A stretch of 64,000 bases of DNA, taken from IMG/VR virus record IMGVR_UViG_3300045988_153198, one strand, 5' to 3'. Positions 38,643 to 47,500 of this stretch are shown here, piece after piece (the stretch's first letter is position 1; each line of letters begins with the position of its first letter). The stretch is from a virus. Both the position numbers and the translations under genes were made by a program. A model generated the notes under the pieces. It was not told the origin of the DNA and ran no database searches. It saw nothing but the letters and a program-made list of their open reading frames with translations.

Positions 38643-38948
38643 TTATTCTTTCTTGCTTTCACAAAATTTATGATGGTCAATTACCAAATCTATAGCATAC
38701 ACCTTCTTATTGGTGTTTTTATCCACATATGAACTTTTCTTGATTTTACCATTTACGAGTATTTTCATACCTTTATGCAAATATTTTCTTGCAAATTCAG
38801 CTTCTTTTCCAAAAGCAACACAATCAAGGAAATCAACTTTAGATTCCTTACCAAAAGGATTATCTACAGCCAAACAATATCTAACTACATTTTCACTTTT
38901 TGATTCTGGTTCATCTGTTAATCTCCCAGCTAATACAAACATATTCAT
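38643..38948 (-). CDS. ssb: Single-stranded DNA-binding protein, OB-fold only (no acidic tail)
   Basis: FVLAGRLTDEPE, YCLAV, DFLDCVAFGKEAEFARKYLHKGMKILVNGKI and SSYVDK align with bacterial SSB core blocks. Confidence 0.7.
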   Translation of the reverse strand: MNMFVLAGRLTDEPESKSENVVRYCLAVDNPFGKESKVDFLDCVAFGKEAEFARKYLHKGMKILVNGKIKKSSYVDKNTNKKVYAIDLVIDHHKFCESKKE

Positions 38949-38970
38949 CCAATCTGTTCCTCACATTTCT

Positions 38971-39003
38971 AAATAATAAAAAGGGGAAGATTACTCTTCC
39001 CCT
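38971..39003 (-). terminator. Rho-independent terminator closing the late operon
   Basis: Minus strand reads AGGGGAAGA-GTAA-TCTTCCCCT followed by TTTTTATTATTT. Confidence 0.7.
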
Positions 39004-39026
39004 AAACAGTGATAATCGAATACAAA

Positions 39027-39146
39027 TTAATATTCGTATCCAATCTCTTTCAGGTATGCTTCTACCTTCGGTTTCAGTTTCTTCGGAACATCATCAATAG
39101 TAATTTTCTCCATAATGATTTCACTAGCATACAGTCTTACTAACAT
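39027..39146 (-). CDS. XkdX-like small phage protein, copy 2 (39 aa)
   Basis: Internal ATG 39146 follows AAGGAGG. Translation is MLVRLYASEIIMEKITIDDVPKKLKPKVEAYLKEIGYEY. The track ORF is over-extended to a TTG at 39320. Confidence 0.55.
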   Translation of the reverse strand: MLVRLYASEIIMEKITIDDVPKKLKPKVEAYLKEIGYEY

Positions 39147-39222
39147 AGCAATTTCCTCCTTTAAATGAAAAATTAATAGTATATAAATAAAAAGAGAAGC
39201 AAACATATTGTTCACCTCTCTT

Positions 39223-39357
39223 TTATTTATCTGAATTTTCAGTATTCTGTTTATCAAGTTCTGCCTGAACTTCTTTCTGTAATTTTGTTGGAACATCATC
39301 AATAGTGATTTCACCAGCAATAATTTCGTTTAAGTATAATTTCACAAGCATTTTCAT
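39223..39357 (-). CDS. XkdX-like small phage protein, copy 1 (44 aa, not in ORF track)
   Basis: ATG 39357 follows TAAGGAGG. Translation is MKMLVKLYLNEIIAGEITIDDVPTKLQKEVQAELDKQNTENSDK. Paralogous to the next gene. Confidence 0.55.
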   Translation of the reverse strand: MKMLVKLYLNEIIAGEITIDDVPTKLQKEVQAELDKQNTENSDK

Positions 39358-39369
39358 AATGATACCTCC

Positions 39370-39750
39370 TTATGCAAATACCACATCTGCAATTTCCATA
39401 ATGCAACCTTTAAGCATCTCATTATCACTTGATAAGGAACGATTTTCATTTAAAAGATATTCAATCTTTTCCTTGTCACTTAATTCTACTGGGAGTTCTG
39501 CATCTTTTTTTGCATACTCAATCCAAGTATCGAGATTGCTTTTAATTTCTTCGAGTAAACCAGTACGATATTTTAACTCAAAACGATATGAGTCATATTC
39601 GTAATATTCGGTTGTAGTTTCTTCATCACCCATAGACATTGTTTTTGTTAATGTATCTGAGATATTTGTATTGATAATAACGTCACACAGTCCAGCACTT
39701 GTTCTTTCAATAATGACTGATTCTGGTCTTTGATTGCTTTCTGCTCTCAT
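39370..39750 (-). CDS. Acidic hypothetical phage protein
   Basis: ATG 39750 follows AAGGAGG. The start and RBS lie inside the last 44 nt of the RT gene. Confidence 0.5.
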   Translation of the reverse strand: MRAESNQRPESVIIERTSAGLCDVIINTNISDTLTKTMSMGDEETTTEYYEYDSYRFELKYRTGLLEEIKSNLDTWIEYAKKDAELPVELSDKEKIEYLLNENRSLSSDNEMLKGCIMEIADVVFA

Positions 39751-40849
39751 TTGCTACGACCTCCTTTAAAATTTTTATATTCACATTCTTTAGATATTTC
39801 ATATAAAAGAAATGTGAATCTGTATATTTAATAGTTCCTACATAAGAAAGACATCCAGCACATAAAGAAAAAGATAGCTTTTGGTGATTGGCTATCTTTT
39901 TGGATGCTTTATTATATTTTCTTCTAATTCGTAAAGAGGTTGCTCTACGAATTTCAATGTGGTCACGATAAAATTTATACCCCATAAAGTCAAGAAATCT
40001 TCCACGATGGATAGGTTTACCAACTTTTTGACTAGCCTTTTTATCAATATAGTCTAATCTAAATACTTGCCAGTTACTTTTGATTTCCAAACCAAGAGTA
40101 GCACAATATTTATCTAACTCACGTTTTACACGATGCAGTTCCTTTTTGTTTTTACCAAAAATACAACCATCATCCATATAAAAAATACAATACTTCACAC
40201 GAAGTTCTTCTTTTAAATAGTGACACACATAACTAATAACAAAATTACATAGCCATTGAGATGTAACACTACCAATAGGAAGCCCATCATCATAACTGTA
40301 AAGAATTGTTTCTGCTAACCATAATACCTTTTTGTTACGAATTTTTCTTTTCAATAAATCCATAACAATATCAGGCTTGATATGTTGATAGCATTTCTTA
40401 AAATCTATTTTCAGACAATACTTAGTATTTTTATGGTCAGTTTCCATCCATCTCTTTACAAATTTCCTTCCGTATGTACCACCACGATTAGGAATACTTG
40501 CACATTGATGAACATAAAATTGCTTCATAAAAATATCTTCGCAAGCCAATACAAAAATCCAATGATATATCTGAGATAACATACTTGTTGAAGCAATATC
40601 CCTTATCTTATGAGTAGATGTATCATATACTTGTGATACATGGTATTCATCAGGCTTTCGTTTTTCTAAAATTAAACTTCTTTGAATACGCTCTGCTAGA
40701 TAAGCAATTTTTATTTCAATAGTATCTCCCTTACACCAGTTTATTAAATTCTTTGTTTCTGCCCTATGCCACTTGCCTTCCAGAGCTTTATAAATAGCAG
40801 CAATTATGAAATTAATATCTGTAATATCTTTAGTCACATAAGATTTCAT
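39707..40849 (-). CDS. DGR reverse transcriptase
   Basis: RT motifs include LPIGSVTSQWLCNF (the DGR-type [I/L]GxxxSQ) and IFYMDDG (YxDD). Start set to the first ATG after the TR (40849, MKSYVTKD...). Confidence 0.85.
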   Translation of the reverse strand: MKSYVTKDITDINFIIAAIYKALEGKWHRAETKNLINWCKGDTIEIKIAYLAERIQRSLILEKRKPDEYHVSQVYDTSTHKIRDIASTSMLSQIYHWIFVLACEDIFMKQFYVHQCASIPNRGGTYGRKFVKRWMETDHKNTKYCLKIDFKKCYQHIKPDIVMDLLKRKIRNKKVLWLAETILYSYDDGLPIGSVTSQWLCNFVISYVCHYLKEELRVKYCIFYMDDGCIFGKNKKELHRVKRELDKYCATLGLEIKSNWQVFRLDYIDKKASQKVGKPIHRGRFLDFMGYKFYRDHIEIRRATSLRIRRKYNKASKKIANHQKLSFSLCAGCLSYVGTIKYTDSHFFYMKYLKNVNIKILKEVVANESRKQSKTRISHY

Positions 40850-41012
40850 TAAGTTCTTTCTTAATCTCAAAGATGTTTGAATAAAATAATATTCTACTAA
40901 CCTCTGCTGCACCGATGAATTTTTACCAAGCGGTATGGCAAGCCTACTCAATTTGAACTCCAAACTGGTAGGTAGATTGTGTATTAAGATTTTATGAAAA
41001 TTATTAAGAAGT

Positions 41013-41125
41013 GCGAGCAGCAATATTCCACCACGCATTACCGACATCGTTGTTGCAATTCCAATAGACAAGCCCATCGTTAGCACCGTTATTCAAATTA
41101 CCGCCAACGTACACGACACGCAGCC
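41013..41125 (-). repeat. DGR template repeat (TR)
   Basis: 113 bp, 98/113 identical to 41493-41605. In the target frame it encodes GGNLNNGANDGLVYWNCNNDVGNAWWNIAAR, with nine AAY codons. Confidence 0.9.
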
Positions 41126-41230
41126 ACCGCAATACACAAAATCCCGACAAATAAATTACCATCAATCATGTTTTTATAATTGAATCTAGTGCAATAATCA
41201 AGTTACTTTTTAATGTGTTCAAAAATAATA

Positions 41231-41290
41231 GGAGAGATGTTCGTCTTAGTACCGCCAACACTTTACTAATCCGTTTCACAACATCTCTCC
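41231..41290 (-). other. Structured element between VR and TR
   Basis: Perfect 11-bp stem GGAGAGATGTT / AACATCTCTCC with an inner 6-bp stem TTAGTA / TACTAA. The loop contains TACCGCCAAC, identical to TR positions 41100-41109. Followed on the minus strand by TATTATTTTT. Confidence 0.5.
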
Positions 41291-41445
41291 TAAATCTTCT
41301 AATCACCAAATTCAAAAACTTAAAATCCTTATTTTATCCTAGAGATTAATTTTCTCCTTTTCTATATTTTTTTGTAATTCAACTTCTTAATAAATTAACA
41401 TTGAATCTGCTATTTAGTATGATATTGTATCTGCTTTTAATAATA

Positions 41446-41466
41446 CTGGGGGTTGGTCACCCCCAG
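41446..41466 (-). other. GC-rich hairpin just downstream of VR (candidate DGR target-recognition hairpin)
   Basis: CTGGGGGT-TGGTC-ACCCCCAG, 9-29 nt past the fibre stop codon. It sits in an otherwise AT-rich spacer and has no counterpart next to the TR. Confidence 0.6.
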
Positions 41467-41474
41467 ACCCCCAC

Positions 41475-43328
41475 CTACGCAGTATAGGAAAGGCGAGCAG
41501 CAATAATCCACCCCGCACTACCGACAGCGCTGCTGCAATTCCAAAAGACAAACCCAGCGAGAGCACCGTTAGGCAAACCACCGCCAACGTACACGACACG
41601 CAGCCCTGTGTTCTTCCAGTAATAATCGCAGAAATACTGGTTGGACGCACCACCGACAACAATCGGCAAACGCACGTATGGATGCTCCGCATCCCATCCG
41701 AGTTCCTTCGTCCATCCTTCGGATGAACAATTGACATAGCCAATCTGTTCATAATCTGAAGTAATAGAATTTGCAAACTTAGTTGGGTCTTTGCACACAT
41801 ATGTCTGATAATCCTGAATTAACACATCAGCCATAATAGACCACTGATTACCCCACAAATCCTCAATGTATCTATAACGCATCTGATATTTACCAGAAGT
41901 ATTTGACACCGCACTACCAGAAGGAGTAATAACAGAATCAGACCCACCAGAGAACCAACAACGAGAAGAAATATAATTTCCAACTGCTACATTAACAGCA
42001 GCTCCATCAAATACAATTGCTTTATTAGAAGCATCATATGTTTCAATAGAGGTAATTCTTCTATTGTTTGCAATCTCAGAACCATTCTTTGTTGAACCAA
42101 TAACAATTGTTTGACCAACAACATAGTTAGCTGCAATATCATTAGCACAAATAAATTTGTTTCCATTTGTTGTAGCAACAGTAACGACATCATTTGCATT
42201 ATCATATCTCATATAAGCTGCACCATACATAACATCCTGAGAGTTACGTGTTGCAAATTCTACATAGAATAACAACTCATTAATCTGTCTATCTTTTGTT
42301 GTTTCGATATGATAATTCGTACCAAGCTTACTTCTAAGTAATGACTTATAACCATCATAAGAACGACTAAGCATAGTATTAATACCACTATATGATACTG
42401 GATTACCAGAAGCATCCAGACCAATTTTATAACATGGATAATAATAAGTATCCATTACAGAACCATCCAGATTAACAAATCTTTCAGGAATTTCATAACC
42501 ATCAAGGTGCTGGTCAGAAATCCAAATTTCATAGTATGTATCAGTAAATACATATTTGTAATAGAATAAATGTCTTTCTGCATATACATTTCCATTAGAA
42601 CCATCGACTGCAAAATTTGGCTCACCTTCTACAGCAGTAACAACAAAATTTTTTCCATCCCAATGTCCATTTACTCTACGAGATTTCCAAGGCATAAGAT
42701 AATCAAAATCATTATATGCATCTACTGTATCTGTACCTACATTTGCCACTAATCCAATAGCATCACCTAAACGCTCACCTTTTGGATTAGAACCAGCGGT
42801 ATAAAGTGGAAAACGTACACCCCATTCTTTTGGACGATTAGTGGACAACACTTTTAACATAGCTTCGATTTTATTTGAACTATATGTTGTGCCAGCACCA
42901 GCCTTACTATCATTAATTCCAATTTTTTCTGCCACAATAGCTTCCGCAGCAGCAGCAGCGTTATTTGCTCTCTCTGTAGCAGTAGTGGCATTACCACTTA
43001 AAATTTCTATTTTATTGGTAAAACCATCGACAATTCCTTTAGCTTTTTCATATTCTGCAATACATTTTGCTACTTCAGCTTTCGCCAAAGTTACCTGTTC
43101 TGTAGCAGTATTGATATTTGTCTGTGAACTTGTATTTAATTCTTCAATCTTCTTCAACTGAAATACATAGCCAAGATTCTTCCAAGGGGTAGAACCATCA
43201 CCTAATTTCATATTGATATAGCCATCTGTAGTACGCTCTAAAGCTGGTTCATTTAAAGCTAAGATTCTATTTGAAGATTCCCAGTTGGCAGTTGTATCAG
43301 TTTTCAACGTAATAGTTGATGTTGCCAT
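41475..43328 (-). CDS. Tail fibre / receptor-binding protein, DGR target
   Basis: Mtd_N-like N-terminus (TDTTANWESSNRILALNEPALE...KLGDGSTPWKNLGY). C-terminal lectin-like VR ...GGGLPNGALAGFVFWNCSSAVGSAGWIIAARLSYTA. Confidence 0.85.
   Translation of the reverse strand: MATSTITLKTDTTANWESSNRILALNEPALERTTDGYINMKLGDGSTPWKNLGYVFQLKKIEELNTSSQTNINTATEQVTLAKAEVAKCIAEYEKAKGIVDGFTNKIEILSGNATTATERANNAAAAAEAIVAEKIGINDSKAGAGTTYSSNKIEAMLKVLSTNRPKEWGVRFPLYTAGSNPKGERLGDAIGLVANVGTDTVDAYNDFDYLMPWKSRRVNGHWDGKNFVVTAVEGEPNFAVDGSNGNVYAERHLFYYKYVFTDTYYEIWISDQHLDGYEIPERFVNLDGSVMDTYYYPCYKIGLDASGNPVSYSGINTMLSRSYDGYKSLLRSKLGTNYHIETTKDRQINELLFYVEFATRNSQDVMYGAAYMRYDNANDVVTVATTNGNKFICANDIAANYVVGQTIVIGSTKNGSEIANNRRITSIETYDASNKAIVFDGAAVNVAVGNYISSRCWFSGGSDSVITPSGSAVSNTSGKYQMRYRYIEDLWGNQWSIMADVLIQDYQTYVCKDPTKFANSITSDYEQIGYVNCSSEGWTKELGWDAEHPYVRLPIVVGGASNQYFCDYYWKNTGLRVVYVGGGLPNGALAGFVFWNCSSAVGSAGWIIAARLSYTA
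41493..41605 (-). repeat. DGR variable repeat (VR)
   Basis: C-terminal 38 codons of the fibre, ending 5 codons before the stop. 15 differences from the TR, 13 of them at TR adenines on the coding strand. Confidence 0.9.
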
Positions 43329-43348
43329 AAAATCACTCCTCTCTATAA

Positions 43349-43549
43349 TTAATCAATTGCAGTACCGCCATTGATTTTTTGCTTATCAATAGAGATAGCA
43401 TCTCCAGCATCAATATAGATTCCTGTATCAATGGAAAACGCATCTCCAGCTAACAAATTGAAATAAGTTTCAGGTGAAATAGAAGAGAGGATTGCATTTC
43501 CAAACATTCCACCCGAAAACATATTACAGTCATTTGAAAATAAACCCAT
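43349..43549 (-). CDS. Small hypothetical tail-module protein
   Basis: 66 codons. Repeats LAGDAFSID / IDAGDAISID / INGGTAID. Confidence 0.45.
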   Translation of the reverse strand: MGLFSNDCNMFSGGMFGNAILSSISPETYFNLLAGDAFSIDTGIYIDAGDAISIDKQKINGGTAID

Positions 43550-43563
43550 AACTTATTCCTCTC

Positions 43564-43848
43564 TTAATACATATAAATGATATTTACATCTGAATCTGTC
43601 TCAAATACAAGATTAGTAATCTGAACATAATCGAGTCCAAATTCCAACATTCCAGTAGAAGGCATAGTGATGTCAACATCATTTACAGTTACCTTTGTTT
43701 TGGCTGGTGCTTCAATAGCGATTTTTCTTACAGTGTTAAAATCAAACTGTGGATGTTTAACCTTTTCTGCTTCTTTGAATACATCAACCATATTTACATT
43801 TGCTGTAGCAGTTCCATAAAAAGAACCAAAATGTACTTTTGAAACCAT
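43564..43848 (-). CDS. Hypothetical tail-module protein
   Basis: 94 codons. RBS GGAGGAAAA upstream. Confidence 0.5.
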   Translation of the reverse strand: MVSKVHFGSFYGTATANVNMVDVFKEAEKVKHPQFDFNTVRKIAIEAPAKTKVTVNDVDITMPSTGMLEFGLDYVQITNLVFETDSDVNIIYMY

Positions 43849-43860
43849 ATATTTTCCTCC

Positions 43861-44451
43861 TTAATTCAATATACTTAGAGCATTTCCAGCATCTAATTTA
43901 TAAGGGTCAACAGTAGTAGCGTTACCACCATCAATATTTTGCACATCAAAACTTGTGGCATTACCAGCAGCTATATTTAAAACCAATCCTTCTTTTGCAG
44001 AATTAATTTCATCCAAATAACTCTGAATTTCTTTTAGCATTTGTTGTGTTGCCTGAATTAAAGAGTTGTTTACTAACTCATCAATCTCTTCACGAATTTG
44101 AACTACATGAGCTTCAGATGCAGAAATTGTAATTTCTGCTTCCTGTATATTTTTTAGTGAATCCGCAAATGATTGAGATGTTTGCTTCCATGTTGAAGAA
44201 AAAGAATCATAGAGATTCTTGGTATTTAGATAAGCATTATAAGTATTGATATATGTTTGATTAACTAAATCATAATCAAAGCTATAACCCAAATCATTCC
44301 AAGGTGTTTTTCCATCACCGATTTTTAATTTCCAAGGAGAAGCAGATTGTTGAGCTACCTCAACCGCAATCTCTCTTTCTTCTAATATAGGATTTGATTT
44401 TTTCCAGTTTTCTGCTGTATCTCCACGAATACGAATTTTAATATAAGCCAT
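43861..44451 (-). CDS. Short tail fibre with Mtd_N-like N-terminus
   Basis: Start set to ATG 44451 (MAYIKIRIRGDTAENWKKSNPIL...KIGDGKTPWNDLGY) behind GGAGGT. Confidence 0.6.
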   Translation of the reverse strand: MAYIKIRIRGDTAENWKKSNPILEEREIAVEVAQQSASPWKLKIGDGKTPWNDLGYSFDYDLVNQTYINTYNAYLNTKNLYDSFSSTWKQTSQSFADSLKNIQEAEITISASEAHVVQIREEIDELVNNSLIQATQQMLKEIQSYLDEINSAKEGLVLNIAAGNATSFDVQNIDGGNATTVDPYKLDAGNALSILN

Positions 44452-44470
44452 AATTACCTCCATCTTATAT

Positions 44471-44503
44471 AAAAAGAGAGTTGCCATAATAATGACAACC
44501 CTC
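44471..44503 (-). terminator. Imperfect terminator after the giant fibre gene
   Basis: 9/11-bp stem (GAGAGTTGCCA / TGACAACCCTC on the plus strand), followed on the minus strand by TTTTTATATAAG. Confidence 0.45.
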
Positions 44504-44518
44504 TAGTTTTAATGAAAA

Positions 44519-47500
44519 TTATCTTGCATAAATGTCCAAATTCTTAGTCCAGTTTGTAGACACAGCATTGGCAGCAGCATAGTTGCTTAATTTTGAACAA
44601 TTGTACAATGCACCAAAATAACCAGTTGTATCAGATACAATGGCACTAAATGTGTTACCATCCCAGAAAAATGGAACAGTACCAGAGATGTTAGAACATC
44701 TATAAAATAATGCACCAATGTATTTCAACTTGGTATTCTTCAGCTCTCCATGTAAGAATCCTGAAGAAACAGATGAGATATTTGTAAATGCGAACATACC
44801 ATATGCATTAACAAGAGTATTAATACAGTTAATCATAAATGTATTAGTAATTGCTCCTGTTAAATTATCAATACCATAGAACGCTTCATTAGCATATTGT
44901 AATGCGGTCTGTTTTGCAAATAAATTCTGTGGAATACTACAAGCTGGTAATTTAAAACATTCTCTAAATATAGCAGCAATAGTAGTAAGAGCCACACATT
45001 TTGCAAACATATCAGATGCACAAATATAATCTACATCTAATGATTCATCATGATAGGCTGCATTTAATCCACGACACTTTCTAAACATACCAGAAATATC
45101 TTTCAATTCAGTATATTTATCAGTGATACTTGAAGTATAGAATATATCGTCAGGAATACCGCCTGTAAGTCCTTCACAATCATAAAATAGATAGGAAGCA
45201 CTTTTTAATTTAAGACAATCTGCCAAAAATCCTTTCTGTGTAATATTTCCTGACTCATCTTTACTTCCTGTTGGCAATTCTCCACTAAGTTCTAAGCATC
45301 CCCAGAACATATAAGAAACATCTTCCAATGTCTCTCTACATGAATTAAATAAGGATACAGGAATAGAACCCTGAAGTAATGCACAATTATAAAACAGATA
45401 TGAAGTATCTTTTAAAGAAATACATCCATCAAATAATCCTGTAGGAATAGTAAATGAATGATTACTATTAGAACCAAAGAATTGTTTTACTGTTTGTAAT
45501 TTTATACAATCTTTAAACAATTCTTTTTTAATTCCAACCATAACAGAATTATCTAAATCCGTACCACTTAACAAAGTACAGTTATCGAACATATAAGAAG
45601 CATCAATAATGTTATTCTTACATGGTTCGAAAATAGATATTATTTTTCCATTGACTTCTTTATATGGAATACAACCTTTCAATCCTTTACAATAACGGAA
45701 AGCATTAGATACATTCTGAAGTAATGGATTTCCATTAAACATATTAATTGATAAGCTGTTAGTATATTCTTTTTCTACACCGTTCTCTCTATAATAGCAA
45801 TATTTTAATGCTTCATTATTTGTACCAGAACTATGATAGAACAAATAACTTGCATCCAATAAGTTAGGAAGAGTGGCGAGAAAATCTTCAAAATATCCCT
45901 CTATTTTAGTATTACCAAAGAATCCATATAAAGTATAACGATAAGAACTCATTGGCAGATTATCTGTAATAGCTTGTCCAATTTGTTTTAAATTACTTGC
46001 ACCAATAAAGAAATCACTTTGTACATCGCCAGTTAAAGCTGTGCAATCATAGAACATTGATTTTGCAGCAGTAAGATAAGGTAATTCATTATCGTCTGAT
46101 TCTTTCACTCTAAATAACCGACTTGGCAATCCAGTTATCTTTGAACAACCAGCAAATACACCATTTGCAGTAGTCAACAATACATTTTTTGCAAAGAAAC
46201 CATTAGGTACATTTCCAGTAAGAGCTGCACAACCATAAAACATATAAGAAGCATCTTTTAAATTTACTAATGGGTCTAACATACCAGATAATCCATTTGT
46301 ATTAATCAATTTTATACAATTATGAAACATTGCATAAGTTGATGTAATGTTTGGAGTATTAGCAAAGATATTACAATTAGAATGAATAAAATTAACCAGA
46401 TTTGTACATTCACCAAACATTCTTGAAACATCAACCAAACTAACTGCTTTTTCAAATACATTCTGGTCAATAGAAACTAAATCTCTACAAACATAGAACA
46501 TATAAGAAGCATTTTGAAGTTTTGTCAGATTATCAAATAATGCTTTAGGAATCTTGGTTAATTTATTACTAATAAATGCACATGAAGCAGTAGTAATATT
46601 TGGCGTGTGTGCAAACAAATCACTAGGTATTGTCTGCTCAGTTTTACATCCCCACATAAGGTCATTAATATTCTTCAGACTTTCATCACAAGCATATAAA
46701 ACCTTTCTTGCCATAGCATATGTAGGTGTTCCACCATTACCACCATTTACATAGAACAAATAAGATATATCTGTAACACCAGCAAAATCAAATGTTAGAT
46801 TGTTAATATCTGTCAAGACATAACAATATCTAAATAAATATCTTGCCAATGATGTACATTTTAAATATCCTGTTACTCTCTGTAAAGAGTTACAACCATC
46901 AAATAATGCATCCATATTTGAAGTTACATAATTAATATTTTCAATTGCTTTGATGCTTGTACAGTTCTGAAATGAAATAGATGAAAGTTTAGATAATTGT
47001 TTCATATCACACTTTCTATCTGATTCAGCAATTTCCGCAGAACCATACTGAATAGAAATAATACTTGAACTTCGAATGTTAAGGGTTTCCAGTACATTCC
47101 AAAGTTGAGCATTACATTCTTCATCTGTTAAATTAGGATTATTGGCTTTCAAAGCAGCAACTCTATTTGCTTCATCCTGAGAAATATATTTTGGCAAACG
47201 AATATTTTTCAAAGAAGTTGAATTGCTTACATCCAATTTTTTCAATTTATACAGAGTATATAAATGCAAATCATTCATCATAGAACCATTATTGTTTGAC
47301 ATTAATAACTGATAAATATTAGGACAATTTGTTAATTCAAATGTTTCCAATACTTTACAATTACTTACATCAACACTTTGTAAATTCTTACAATTGATTG
47401 CATTAAAGATAACCACAGGTGAACCAGATAAAGACACATTTTTAATTGCAGAACAAGAATCAATAATATATTCTGTAATACTATTGCATCCATCAATATT

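Noticed and set aside
38710-39604. Plus-strand ORFs 38710-38976, 38900-39100 and 39305-39604
   Set aside because: They are antisense to the SSB, the XkdX-like genes and the 126-aa gene, they cross terminators, and they have no RBS.
39370-39750. 126-aa ORF after the RT as the DGR accessory protein Avd
   Set aside because: The protein is strongly acidic and shows no basic helical-bundle character. It looks like a conserved tail-module protein preceding the XkdX-like genes.
40850-41086. N-terminal 79 codons of the track ORF 39707-41086 (MLTMGLSIGIATT...) as part of the RT
   Set aside because: This segment starts at a GTG inside the TR and reads the TR in a frame different from the fibre frame. 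The first ATG after the TR (40849) gives an N-terminus that lines up with DGR RTs, so the extension is treated as an artefact of the open frame.
39707-41086. RT as a group II intron or retron reverse transcriptase
   Set aside because: There is no maturase/X or endonuclease region and no intron-like RNA domains. The GxxxSQ motif and the adjacent adenine-specific TR/VR pair argue for a DGR.
41414-41800. 128-aa minus-strand ORF overlapping the VR in an alternative frame
   Set aside because: It lies entirely within or over the end of the well-supported fibre gene, has no RBS, and mirrors the spurious frame seen through the TR.
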